64,000 nucleotides of DNA. Origin: Escherichia coli (GTDB lineage: Bacteria; Pseudomonadota; Gammaproteobacteria; Enterobacterales; Enterobacteriaceae). The notes below the pieces were generated by a model that searched no databases, had not been told where the DNA came from, and worked only from the letters and a program-made list of their open reading frames with translations. Shown here piece by piece: positions 1 to 9,318 of this stretch (positions are counted from its first letter, which is position 1; each line of letters begins with the position of its first letter). The position numbers were made by a program, and so were the translations under genes. The stretch lies in the NCBI RefSeq assembly GCF_045037415.1, contig NZ_CP173438.1, one strand, 5' to 3'.

Positions 1-917
1 AACAGTTCAATCTGCCGATTGAGAAAACGGTTAAGACTCTGCTGGTTAAAGCCGTTGAAGGCAGTAGCTTCCCGCTGGTTGCGCTGCTGGTGCGCGGTGA
101 CCACGAGCTGAACGAAGTTAAAGCAGAAAAACTGCCGCAGGTTGCCAGCCCGCTGACTTTTGCGACCGAAGAAGAAATTCGTGCCGTGGTTAAAGCCGGT
201 CCGGGTTCACTGGGTCCGGTAAACATGCCGATTCCGGTGGTGATTGACCGTACCGTTGCGGCGATGAGTGATTTCGCTGCTGGTGCTAACATCGATGGTA
301 AACACTACTTCGGTATCAACTGGGATCGCGATGTCGCTACCCCGGAAATTGCTGATATCCGCAACGTGGTGGCTGGCGATCCAAGCCCGGATGGTCAGGG
401 TACGCTGCTGATCAAACGTGGTATCGAAGTCGGTCACATCTTCCAGCTGGGTACCAAGTACTCCGAAGCACTGAAAGCCTCCGTACAGGGTGAAGATGGC
501 CGTAACCAAATCCTGACGATGGGTTGCTACGGTATCGGCGTAACGCGTGTGGTAGCAGCGGCGATTGAGCAGAACTACGACGAACGCGGCATCGTATGGC
601 CTGACGCTATCGCGCCGTTCCAGGTGGCGATTCTGCCAATGAACATGCACAAATCCTTCCGCGTACAGGAACTTGCTGAGAAACTGTACAGCGAACTGCG
701 CGCACAAGGTATCGAAGTGCTGCTGGATGACCGCAAAGAGCGTCCGGGCGTGATGTTTGCTGATATGGAACTGATCGGTATTCCGCACACTATTGTGCTG
801 GGCGACCGTAACCTCGACAACGATGATATCGAATATAAATATCGTCGTAACGGCGAGAAACAGTTAATTAAGACTGGTGACATCGTCGATTATCTGGTGA
901 AACAGATTAAAGGCTGA
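1..917 (+). CDS. proS: prolyl-tRNA synthetase, C-terminal ~305 codons (5' end lies outside the window)
   Basis: Frame is open from position 3 to TGA at 915-917; translation matches class II ProS C-terminal/anticodon-binding region; followed by hairpin+T-run; synteny with yaeF-nlpE. Confidence 0.93.
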
Positions 918-923
918 TGCCAG

Positions 924-953
924 AAAGGGTCCTGAATTTCGGGGCCCTTTTTT
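924..953 (+). terminator. rho-independent terminator downstream of proS
   Basis: aaagggtcc...ggggcccttt stem (9 bp with one G-U) around a 9-nt loop, followed by TTTTTT at 948-953. Confidence 0.7.
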
Positions 954-969
954 ACATGGATTGTATAAA

Positions 970-1794
970 ATGGATAAACCAAAGGCGTACTGCCGCCTGC
1001 TTCTCCCCTGCTTTCTTTTACTTTCGGCCTGTACCGTTGATATCAGCCAGCCAGACTCATCAGCCACAGCGGTAAATGCCGAGGCGAAAACATGGGCTGT
1101 TAAATTCCAGCATCAAAGCTCTTTCACCGAACAATCAATAAAAGAAATAACGGAACCAGATCTCAAACCCGGCGATTTGCTTTTCTCCTCAAGCCTTGGG
1201 GTAACCTCATTTGGTATCCGCGTATTCAGCACTTCCTCTGTGAGTCACGTTGCAATCTATTTGGGAAATAATAACGTTGCCGAAGCGACAGGCGCTGGCG
1301 TCCAGATTGTTTCCCTTAAAAAAGCCATGAAGCACAGTGATAAGCTTTTCGTCTTACGAGTCCCGGACCTTACCCCGCAACAAGCCACAGAAATCACCGC
1401 GTTCGCCAATAAAATTAAAGATAGCGGTTATAACTATCGCGGCATTGTCGAATTTATTCCATTTATGGTGACTCGCCAGATGTGCTCACTGAATCCGTTC
1501 TCCGAGGATTTTCGCCAACAGTGCGTCAGCGGCCTGGCGAAAGCGCAGTTAAGTAACGTTGGCGAAGGAGACAAAAAGTCGTGGTTTTGTTCGGAATTTG
1601 TCACGGATGCATTTGCCAAAGCCGGGCATCCGCTTACGCTGGCGCAATCAGGCTGGATTAGCCCTGCCGATCTGATGCATATGCGTAGTGGTGATGTCTC
1701 TGCATTTAAACCAGAAACGCAGTTACAGTATATTGGGCACCTGAAGCCAGGGATTTATATTAAAGCAAGTCGCTTTGTTGGACTGACTCAGTGA
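970..1794 (+). CDS. yaeF: putative lipoprotein YaeF (permuted papain-like/NlpC-P60-superfamily protein)
   Basis: ORF track 961..1794 begins at TTG; in-frame ATG at 970 gives MDKPKAY..., 274 aa, with lipobox LLSAC; synteny between proS and nlpE. Confidence 0.85.
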   Translation: MDKPKAYCRLLLPCFLLLSACTVDISQPDSSATAVNAEAKTWAVKFQHQSSFTEQSIKEITEPDLKPGDLLFSSSLGVTSFGIRVFSTSSVSHVAIYLGNNNVAEATGAGVQIVSLKKAMKHSDKLFVLRVPDLTPQQATEITAFANKIKDSGYNYRGIVEFIPFMVTRQMCSLNPFSEDFRQQCVSGLAKAQLSNVGEGDKKSWFCSEFVTDAFAKAGHPLTLAQSGWISPADLMHMRSGDVSAFKPETQLQYIGHLKPGIYIKASRFVGLTQ

Positions 1795-1819
1795 TAAAAG
1801 CCAGCCTCGTGCGCAAAAT

Positions 1820-1853
1820 GCCGGATGCGGCGTGAACGCCTTATCCGGCCTAC
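1820..1853. repeat. REP (repetitive extragenic palindromic) unit
   Basis: gccggatgcggcgtgaacgccttatccggcctac, canonical REP palindrome in the yaeF/nlpE convergent intergenic region. Confidence 0.75.
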
Positions 1854-1890
1854 AAAATCGTGCTAATTCAAAATATTGCATTGTATGCTT

Positions 1891-1918
1891 TAGGCCTGAT
1901 AAGCGCAGCGCATGAGGC
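1891..1918. repeat. REP-like imperfect palindromic unit (second unit of a BIME-like pair)
   Basis: taggcctgataagcgcagcgcatgaggc, imperfect palindrome related to REP consensus. Confidence 0.5.
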
Positions 1919-1949
1919 AATATTTCATTTGTTTCTGCCTCAAGACGGG

Positions 1950-2660
1950 TTACTGCCCCAAACTACTGCAATCCTGGTTCGGGTAAAATTTACCTGCCGT
2001 ATCGGGCGCTAATACTTTGGTCGGCGCACCGGTATCCGGATTAGCCTCAAGCGTAAAGTGACCTTCTACTGACAGTAACACCGGTTTTTCGCCGTTGCCG
2101 CGCGCAGCCAGGTAGCCACGCTCCAGCTCTGCGTTATTCGCCACCATAAAACGTTTTCCAGTCGCGCAATCAGTAAAGGTCGCCGCATCAGCCATATAGA
2201 AATACATGCCACGCAGGGTCATCGGCGTCATTGGCATGCTCGATTTTGCCGGTTCCAGCGTGTAGTTGAACTGCGATTCAATGGGATTACCTTCACGATC
2301 GAGCATCTCCAGTGCATCCCCTTTCGCTCGATAATATGACTTTTCACCTTTGCTGTCGGTTAATACCAGCTTGTCGGCAGTTCGCGCCCATGTACCGTAG
2401 GAAGCGAAAGAGGAAGGCTCTTCACGTGCCCCCAGATAACGTTCATTCATCACCCAGGTTCCATCTTTTTCGAGGAACAGAGAGGTTTCGATTCCTTCGC
2501 AATCAGCACACGGCAGCACGCCGCGCCAACTTTGCGGCATCGGTTTCAGTTCGGCAGCCTGCGCCGGGGAAAGCGTATCGACTTCGGCCCGATTATTACA
2601 TCCCATCAGAGTAAAAAGGCTGATTACAGCCATCGCTGTCACTATCGCTTTTTTCACCAT
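1950..2660 (-). CDS. nlpE: outer-membrane lipoprotein NlpE (Cpx-pathway surface-sensing lipoprotein)
   Basis: 236-aa ORF, lipoprotein signal ...FTLMGC, CxxC motifs; synteny. Confidence 0.9.
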   Translation of the reverse strand: MVKKAIVTAMAVISLFTLMGCNNRAEVDTLSPAQAAELKPMPQSWRGVLPCADCEGIETSLFLEKDGTWVMNERYLGAREEPSSFASYGTWARTADKLVLTDSKGEKSYYRAKGDALEMLDREGNPIESQFNYTLEPAKSSMPMTPMTLRGMYFYMADAATFTDCATGKRFMVANNAELERGYLAARGNGEKPVLLSVEGHFTLEANPDTGAPTKVLAPDTAGKFYPNQDCSSLGQ

Positions 2661-2673
2661 CCATTCCTTCTTT

Positions 2674-3096
2674 TTACTCCCGACCGCTGCGCACTTTGCC
2701 GCGCATCGCCTTCACGCTTGATTTTTGTGCTTTCGATGCCAGCCTGCGCTCTTTCGATGCACGGGTGGGCCGCGTAGGTCTTCGGGCTTTTTGTTCTGTT
2801 GTTAAATCTTTAATCACTGCCACCAGCCGGGCCAGCGCCGCTTCGCGGTTCAGTTCCTGACTGCGGTATTCCTGTGCCTTAATGACAATCACTCCGTCAC
2901 TGCTGATCAAATGATGGCTGGCGGCGAGCAGACGCTCTTTGTAATACTCTGGCAGGCTGGACGCCCGAATGTCAAAACGCAGATGAATAGCCGTTGAGGT
3001 CTTATTAACATGCTGCCCGCCCGCGCCCTGCGCACGAATGGCGGTGATCTCAAACTCGCCATCAGGGATAGCAACATGTCGGGAAATCACAATCAT
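2674..3096 (-). CDS. arfB: alternative ribosome-rescue factor ArfB (peptidyl-tRNA hydrolase, GGQ motif)
   Basis: 140-aa ORF containing [10 protein letters not shown] release-factor-like GGQ motif and basic C-terminal tail; 4-nt overlap with yaeQ. Confidence 0.9.
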   Translation of the reverse strand: MIVISRHVAIPDGEFEITAIRAQGAGGQHVNKTSTAIHLRFDIRASSLPEYYKERLLAASHHLISSDGVIVIKAQEYRSQELNREAALARLVAVIKDLTTEQKARRPTRPTRASKERRLASKAQKSSVKAMRGKVRSGRE

Positions 3097-3638
3097 GAAG
3101 GTTGTTGCCAGACGGTTAAGTTCACTTCCAGATTATTCTTATCATCCGATAACCAGATAACACCATCCTGAATCGTTGCCTGCAGCGTCATGGTACGATC
3201 GGCAAAGGCGCTCACTTTCGCCAGCTGCTCGTCGTCCAGATACCAGACGGAAAGATTGGCAAACTGCGCACATTTGCTCTGATTTTGCTGCCACCAGATT
3301 TGCGCCGCCCGACTATTATAGGCAAACAGCGCCACTTCTGCGGCCTGGGTGCAGGCTTTCTTAATCCGTCGCTCATCCGGCAGCCCCAGCTCAATCCACA
3401 AATCAATACCCAAATGATCGTTACGCAGCCACGCTTCCGGCTCATCATCGGCACACAAACCACGGGTAAATTGCAGACGTTCATCGGCATATTTTAGCCA
3501 CGCCAGCAGGCGCAGCATCATACGCTCCTGGGTTTCTGAAGGATGGCGCGCCAACGTCAGAGAGGCATCGAGAAACTGGTTGCGGTCGAGATCGGCCACA
3601 TTAACCGTCGCTTTATAAATTGTCGCTTTAAGCGCCAT
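3093..3638 (-). CDS. yaeQ: YaeQ family protein
   Basis: 181-aa ORF, synteny upstream of arfB, translational coupling overlap atga. Confidence 0.85.
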   Translation of the reverse strand: MALKATIYKATVNVADLDRNQFLDASLTLARHPSETQERMMLRLLAWLKYADERLQFTRGLCADDEPEAWLRNDHLGIDLWIELGLPDERRIKKACTQAAEVALFAYNSRAAQIWWQQNQSKCAQFANLSVWYLDDEQLAKVSAFADRTMTLQATIQDGVIWLSDDKNNLEVNLTVWQQPS

Positions 3639-3803
3639 AAGAAAACTCCTTTCGAATCAGGAGGCCATTGTAACGGAATACGTGCAGTTGCGGCGCTGAT
3701 ATTGCAGAAATGAGTGTGGTATAGTCACCTTGCGAAACAGAGTTTATCTTCGTAGGCTTAGACTTGCATCCACGGTTAAGTCAGAGTGCTGACAGGAGGG
3801 CAT

Positions 3804-4004
3804 GTGGAAAAATATTGTGAGTTAATACGCAAGCGGTACGCGGAAATCGCCAGCGGAGACTTAGGATACGTTCCGGACGCGCTGGGCTGCGTTTTGAAAG
3901 TGCTGAATGAAATGGCTGCCGACGACGCCCTTTCTGAGGCTGTCAGGGAAAAAGCAGCATACGCTGCGGCAAACTTACTGGTGAGCGATTATGTCAATGA
4001 ATGA
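3804..4004 (+). CDS. yaeP: UPF0253 small protein YaeP (66 aa)
   Basis: ORF track 3786..4004; GTG at 3804 preceded by aggaggg Shine-Dalgarno gives [23 protein letters not shown]..., 66 aa; start codon choice uncertain. Confidence 0.7.
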
Positions 4005-4251
4005 TACGTATCAACCAATCAATTGTGATGATTACGATAATCTTGAGCTCGCCTGCCAGCATCATTTAATGCTGACACTTGAGCTGAAAGATGGCGAAAA
4101 ATTGCAGGCGAAGGCCAGCGATTTAGTCTCCCGCAAAAATGTGGAGTATCTGGTCGTCGAGGCCGCTGGTGCAACCCGCGAGCTGCGTCTGGATAAAATT
4201 ACCAGCTTTAGCCACCCGGAAATCGGTACGGTGGTGGTGAGCGAGTCCTGA
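3997..4251 (+). CDS. rof: Rho-binding antiterminator Rof
   Basis: ATG at 3997 gives [23 protein letters not shown]..., 84 aa; overlaps yaeP by 8 nt. Confidence 0.85.
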
Positions 4252-4260
4252 TTGACTTTC

Positions 4261-4293
4261 GCCGGATGCGACGTTTGATGCGTCTTATCCGGC
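4261..4293. repeat. REP palindromic unit overlapping the 3' end of tilS
   Basis: gccggatgcgacgtttgatgcgtcttatccggc; the tilS stop codon (4285-4287) lies inside it. Confidence 0.7.
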
Positions 4294-5597
4294 TTTCACT
4301 TGACTAAGCGTTTTCTGCCAGACAAAACTGACGCCATTCTCACCTACAGCCACACCTTCTTGCGTCACAAATACCCCTGCCGCCGCAATCAGCGTTTCGC
4401 CATAAAACAGCAGTGGCGTGGTGTCACGTAGCCACGGCGGAACGCCTAACTCTTGCCAGATTTTCTTCAGCTTACGTCCACCGTTGCGCCCGACAATATG
4501 CAGCAGTCCTGGCGCTTTGAAACGCACGCTGACCGCTTCGTCTGCACGCGGAGGGCGAATATCGCCTCCCGCAGTAAGCTGTACACTTCCCAGCCCCGCC
4601 GGTAATTCCAGCGGTTGTAGCCACGTCTGCCACGGCACAATGGTTTCGCTTTGCCCGGCAACGGATTTAATCCACCACAGTTGCGACTGATAGCGGCGGA
4701 TTTCAAACGCGCCCAAACGTAAACAGGGGGAAGCATCTTCCCGCGCCAGCGCCACTTCCTGCCAGATCCGCACCAGCGCCTCGCGGGAAGGCATAGGTGC
4801 ATTCTGCCCTGCCAGCCAGCGGCGGATAATCGCCGCGCGACGGGCATCGCTCATTGCCAGCATTGGCGCAATCTTTAACGTTCCCTGTTGCGTTTGGCAG
4901 TGCGCTAAATCATCCGCCAGCAGTTCATCCAGCAGGCTCTCTTGTTCGGCGCAAAGTGCGGCGCTGCGGGCCGTCGCTTCGGCAAAATGCGGCCAACGCT
5001 GCTGCAATAACGGCACTACGCGCAGGCGCAAGAAGTTACGATCGTAGGAATCGTCTTGATTACTTTCGTCTTCAATCCAGCGTAAATCATACTGACGCGC
5101 CCACTGCTCCAGTTCCCCCGCGTGCGGGCAAGCAACGGGCGGATAAGCCGTGTTCCGGCAAACTCCGAAACTTCCGCCATAGCCGAAAGCCCGGCAGGGC
5201 CGCTACCGCGTTTTAGCGCCAGCAGAAAGGTTTCACATTGATCGTCGAGATGTTGCGCTGTAACCAGCACTTCACCGGGCAACAAGGTACGGGCAAATGC
5301 CTGATAACGTGCCTGCCGCGCCTGGGCCTCAATACCTAGCCCCTCTTGCGCAAGCTGCACACGTTCGACCACCAGCGGCACCTGCCACTGTTGGCAGATG
5401 TTTTCACAATGTTTCACCCAGGCATCAGCATTGGCGCTTAAACCGTGATGCACATGGATAGCGCGCAGAGTGACGCCCGGATTTTCCGTCCGCCACTGCA
5501 CCAGTTGATGCAGTAAGACAGTAGAATCAAGGCCGCCGCTAAAGGCCACCAGAATCTGGCGTGAGGAGAGAAGTTGTCTATTGAGCGTGAGTGTCAT
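4285..5597 (-). pseudogene. tilS: tRNA(Ile)-lysidine synthetase TilS; reading frame interrupted by an apparent -1 frameshift at a homopolymer (possible sequencing error)
   Basis: Two overlapping ORFs, 5016..5597 (PP-loop SGGLDS N-domain) and 4285..5031 (C-domain); the upstream frame goes ...LARTRG then nonsense, the other frame is open and reads [13 protein letters not shown]... from the same point; switch maps to ccccc at 5115-5119. Confidence 0.85.
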
Positions 5598-5661
5598 GAT
5601 GGTGCGATTTTACAGTAGCAATGCCCGGCACGTTACCGGGCAAATGCGGCGATGACAAGCC

Positions 5662-6051
5662 TTACTGCTCATACAGTTCCAACGGCAGCCCGTCCGGATC
5701 GTTAAAGAACGTGAAGCGTTTTTGCGTGTATGGATCGACACGGATGGCTTCACACTTCACGTTATGGCTTTCAAGGTGCGCCACTGCCGCATCGATATCA
5801 TCAACGCTAAAAGCCAGATGACGCAGGCCGCAAGCTTCCGGTCGGCTGGGGCGCTCCGGCGGGAACGGAAATGAGAAAAGCTCAATCACATATTGCCCAT
5901 TAAGCGCCAAATCCCCTTTCCACGAGTCGCGCGCTTCGCGATAGACTTCGCTTTGCAGCGTGAAACCAAGAATATCGCAGTAGAAAGCTTTGCTCATCGC
6001 ATAATCCGTCGCAATAATCGCAATATGGTGAACCTGTTTTAAACCCAGCAT
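5662..6051 (-). CDS. yaeR: glyoxalase/VOC-family protein YaeR
   Basis: ORF track 5662..6078; internal ATG at 6051 gives MLGLKQVHHIAII..., 129 aa. Confidence 0.8.
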   Translation of the reverse strand: MLGLKQVHHIAIIATDYAMSKAFYCDILGFTLQSEVYREARDSWKGDLALNGQYVIELFSFPFPPERPSRPEACGLRHLAFSVDDIDAAVAHLESHNVKCEAIRVDPYTQKRFTFFNDPDGLPLELYEQ

Positions 6052-6107
6052 AACGTCTCCTTTATTTGTTAACAGCACGTTACTCGCCCGGAAGCCGCTC
6101 TGGCAAG

Positions 6108-8249
6108 TTATCCCGCCATTTTTAGGACTCGTACGCGGTAAACGCCGTCTTCGTCCTGTTTCGCGCCGTGAATATCCGTTTCAAAACCGGGGTAATGTTG
6201 CCCTACGGAACAAAGCATCAGTAGAAAATCGAGTACCGTGCGGCTCTCTTCGGTAAGCATTTCTCCCGGCATCAGCAGCGGTACGCCGGGTGGATAAGGC
6301 AGGATCATATTTGCCGATACTCTACCGACCAGTTGTTCCAGCGCAATGGTTTCTACTTCGCCTTTAATCTGTCTCTGCCATGCCTGATGTGGCGTCATGA
6401 TCATCTCCGGCAAGGTATCAAATGCCCGCAACATCAAACCGGGAAGATCGTGTTTACGAATCAGCTTATGGATCCCTTGCGCCAGATCCTGAATACGCAT
6501 ATTGCGGTAGAAATCGGGATCTTCTGCATAGAGATCGGGCAGCATATTTTTGATCCGCAGGTTGAGATCGTAAGAGCGCTTAAATTCCGTCAACCCACGC
6601 AATAATCCCATTGCTTTGGTTTTATCGATGCCAATACTAAAGAGAAACAGCAGGTTATAAGGGCCGGTTTTCTCTACTACGATCCCACGTTCGTCGAGGA
6701 ATTTTGCCACCAGCGCCGCCGGGATCCCCTCCTCGCTCATATTGCCCTGCTCGTCCATTCCCGGTGTCAAAATAGTGACTTTAACCGGATCGAGAAACAT
6801 GTGATTGGCATCCGCATCGCTAAAGCCGTGCCACTGTTCGCCAGGCGCAACGTGCCAGCATTCGGCTTCATCCACCTGCGGCGGTTGCCAGATATCGAAA
6901 AACCAGCTGTCAGACTCTTCCCGCAGCCGCTGGACCTCTTTGCGAAAATGCAGCGCTCGTTCTACTGAACGGTTAATCAGCCGTTTGCCCGGATTACCAC
7001 GCAGCATCGCCGCCGCCGTCTCAACCGAAGCAACAATGGGATAACTGGGCGAGGTGGTGGTATGCATCATAAAGGCTTCGTTAAACGCCTCTTCGTCATA
7101 CTCGCCTTTAATGTGGATCAGCGACGCCTGGGACAACGCCGCCAGCATTTTGTGGGTCGACTGCGTTTCGAAGATCACTTTTCCCGCAACACGCTCACCG
7201 CTCATACCACTTTTACCCTGGTAGATCGGATGAAAATGGGTGTACGGCACCCAGGCAGAATCGAAGTGAATCGACGGGACATCCAGCGTCTGTTTGATCC
7301 AGTCGGTGTTGTAGAGCAAGCCATCATAGGTGGAGTTGGTGATCACCGCATGAACCGGCCATTGTGCCTGCGTGGTGGCAGCGACTTTCTCTTCGATGCT
7401 GTCGCGAGTAAATTCACCGCGCGGGATCCCACCCAGAATCCCCAACGCATTACGCGTCGGTTTCAGCCAGACTGGCACTACATCGTTCATCATCAACAGA
7501 TGCGCCAGCGATTTATGACAATTGCGGTCGATCAACAGCGTACTGCCGGATGGCGCGGCGTACATACCCACAATTTTGTTCGACGTCGATGTTCCATTAG
7601 TAACGATATAACTCTGTTCCGCGCCAAACGTCCGCGCGATGTACTCTTCCGCTTCCAGGTGTGGCCCGGTGTGGTCGAGCAACGAACCAAGCTCGGTGAC
7701 CGAAATAGAGACGTCCGCCTTGAGGGTATTCCCGCCGAAAAAATCATAAAACAGACAGCCAACCGGGCTTTTTTGATATGCGGTACCGCCCATATGCCCC
7801 GGCGTACAAAAGGTGTACTTCCGCTCTTTGACGTAGGTAAACAAGGCTTTCGTAAACGGCGGCGTAATGTTATCAAGATATTCGTTGGTGTACTGACGCA
7901 TACGAATGGCGATATCTTCCGCCTGCCCCAGCGCATATTCAAAAAACCAGAGCGCCATCCGCATATCCTGCACGCTGACATCCATCGTCGAGTGGGTGTT
8001 GATGAAGGCATAAAGCGGGAGATATTCATTAAGTTGATTGATATCGCTACATAAATCGAGACTGTACTCATCCCAGTCAAAAATCACGCCGCAAATTCGT
8101 GGGTTATGTTCGATAAACTTCAGCAAATCAACGCTGTTTTGTGGCCAGATAATCTGAAAGCCTTGCGCCACCAGCGCCGACTCCAGTTCTTTGATGGGCT
8201 CATCTTTATAAAAGACGCCATGCGGTCCCATAATGGCAATGATGTTCAT
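6108..8249 (-). CDS. ldcC: constitutive lysine decarboxylase (PLP-dependent, Orn/Lys/Arg decarboxylase family)
   Basis: 713-aa ORF; fold-type I decarboxylase sequence; location downstream of accA indicates ldcC rather than cadA. Confidence 0.93.
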   Translation of the reverse strand: MNIIAIMGPHGVFYKDEPIKELESALVAQGFQIIWPQNSVDLLKFIEHNPRICGVIFDWDEYSLDLCSDINQLNEYLPLYAFINTHSTMDVSVQDMRMALWFFEYALGQAEDIAIRMRQYTNEYLDNITPPFTKALFTYVKERKYTFCTPGHMGGTAYQKSPVGCLFYDFFGGNTLKADVSISVTELGSLLDHTGPHLEAEEYIARTFGAEQSYIVTNGTSTSNKIVGMYAAPSGSTLLIDRNCHKSLAHLLMMNDVVPVWLKPTRNALGILGGIPRGEFTRDSIEEKVAATTQAQWPVHAVITNSTYDGLLYNTDWIKQTLDVPSIHFDSAWVPYTHFHPIYQGKSGMSGERVAGKVIFETQSTHKMLAALSQASLIHIKGEYDEEAFNEAFMMHTTTSPSYPIVASVETAAAMLRGNPGKRLINRSVERALHFRKEVQRLREESDSWFFDIWQPPQVDEAECWHVAPGEQWHGFSDADANHMFLDPVKVTILTPGMDEQGNMSEEGIPAALVAKFLDERGIVVEKTGPYNLLFLFSIGIDKTKAMGLLRGLTEFKRSYDLNLRIKNMLPDLYAEDPDFYRNMRIQDLAQGIHKLIRKHDLPGLMLRAFDTLPEMIMTPHQAWQRQIKGEVETIALEQLVGRVSANMILPYPPGVPLLMPGEMLTEESRTVLDFLLMLCSVGQHYPGFETDIHGAKQDEDGVYRVRVLKMAG

Positions 8250-8303
8250 GTGTTCCTCCTGGAAAATCCTTCCTTAATCATAGCCTGCTCAAACCGTGGC
8301 GAT

Positions 8304-8331
8304 AAAAAAGGGCCACCGAAGTGACCCTTTT
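8304..8331 (-). terminator. rho-independent terminator after accA (T-runs on both sides)
   Basis: aaaaaa gggccac cgaa gtgaccc tttt; 7-bp stem with one G-U. Confidence 0.65.
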
Positions 8332-8346
8332 CAGAACATTTGCCGA

Positions 8347-9306
8347 TTACGCGTAGCCGTAGCTCATCAGGCGCTGATAACGACGATTTTTTAAATCTTC
8401 AGTGCTTAACACGTCGAGATCGGCCAGATCCGCCAGCAGCTGCGCTTTCAGAGACGCCGCCATCGCTTCCGGGTTACGGTGAGCACCGCCCAGCGGTTCC
8501 GGGATGATGGAGTCGATCAGTTTCAGCTCTTTCAGACGCGGAGCGATGATACCCATCGCTTCAGCCGCCAGCGGCGCTTTGTCAGCGCTCTTCCACAGAA
8601 TGGACGCACAACCTTCCGGCGAGATAACGGAATAGGTGCTGTATTGCAGCATATTCACTTTATCGCCCACGCCAATCGCCAGCGCACCACCAGAACCACC
8701 TTCACCGATAACCGTACAAACTACCGGTACGCCGAGGCGAGACATTTCACGCAGGTTGCGTGCAATGGCTTCCGACTGACCACGTTCTTCTGCGCCCACG
8801 CCCGGATATGCCCCCGGGGTGTCGATAAAGGTGATGATAGGCATCTTAAAACGTTCAGCCATTTGCATCAGACGCAGTGCTTTGCGGTAACCTTCTGGCG
8901 CTGGCATACCAAAGTTACGGCGAATTTTTTCTTTGGTTTCACGACCTTTTTGATGACCAATGATCATCACCGGACGACCATCGAGACGGGCGATACCACC
9001 GACGATAGCTTTATCGTCTGCATACGCGCGGTCGCCAGCCAGTTCGTCAAATTCATCAAATGCCAGGCGAACGTAATCCAGGGTATAAGGACGCTGTGGA
9101 TGGCGTGCCAGTTGCGCAATCTGCCATGCACCGAGATCGGCGAAGATTTTACGCGTCAGTTCTACGCTTTTTTCACGCAGACGATGCACTTCTTCATCGA
9201 TGTTAATATCCAGTTTCTCATCCTGACGGCTAACCGCAGTCAGAGAATCGATTTTCGCTTCCAGCTCTGCAATCGGCTGTTCAAAATCAAGGAAATTCAG
9301 ACTCAT
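8347..9306 (-). CDS. accA: acetyl-CoA carboxylase carboxyltransferase alpha subunit
   Basis: 319-aa [25 protein letters not shown]...; synteny after dnaE. Confidence 0.95.
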   Translation of the reverse strand: MSLNFLDFEQPIAELEAKIDSLTAVSRQDEKLDINIDEEVHRLREKSVELTRKIFADLGAWQIAQLARHPQRPYTLDYVRLAFDEFDELAGDRAYADDKAIVGGIARLDGRPVMIIGHQKGRETKEKIRRNFGMPAPEGYRKALRLMQMAERFKMPIITFIDTPGAYPGVGAEERGQSEAIARNLREMSRLGVPVVCTVIGEGGSGGALAIGVGDKVNMLQYSTYSVISPEGCASILWKSADKAPLAAEAMGIIAPRLKELKLIDSIIPEPLGGAHRNPEAMAASLKAQLLADLADLDVLSTEDLKNRRYQRLMSYGYA

Positions 9307-9318
9307 AGTATTCCTGTA

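Noticed and set aside
1723-1920. 65-aa minus-strand ORF between yaeF and nlpE
   Set aside because: It overlaps the REP palindromes; its coding appearance comes from the repeat sequence.
4285-5597. Reading the two tilS ORFs as two separate genes
   Set aside because: Both halves belong to one TilS protein and the frames join exactly at a homopolymer; the downstream ORF has no independent start context (it begins at an internal TTG).
7062-8054. 330-aa plus-strand ORF inside ldcC
   Set aside because: Antisense shadow ORF entirely within a well-supported 713-aa decarboxylase gene; no start context or recognisable domain.
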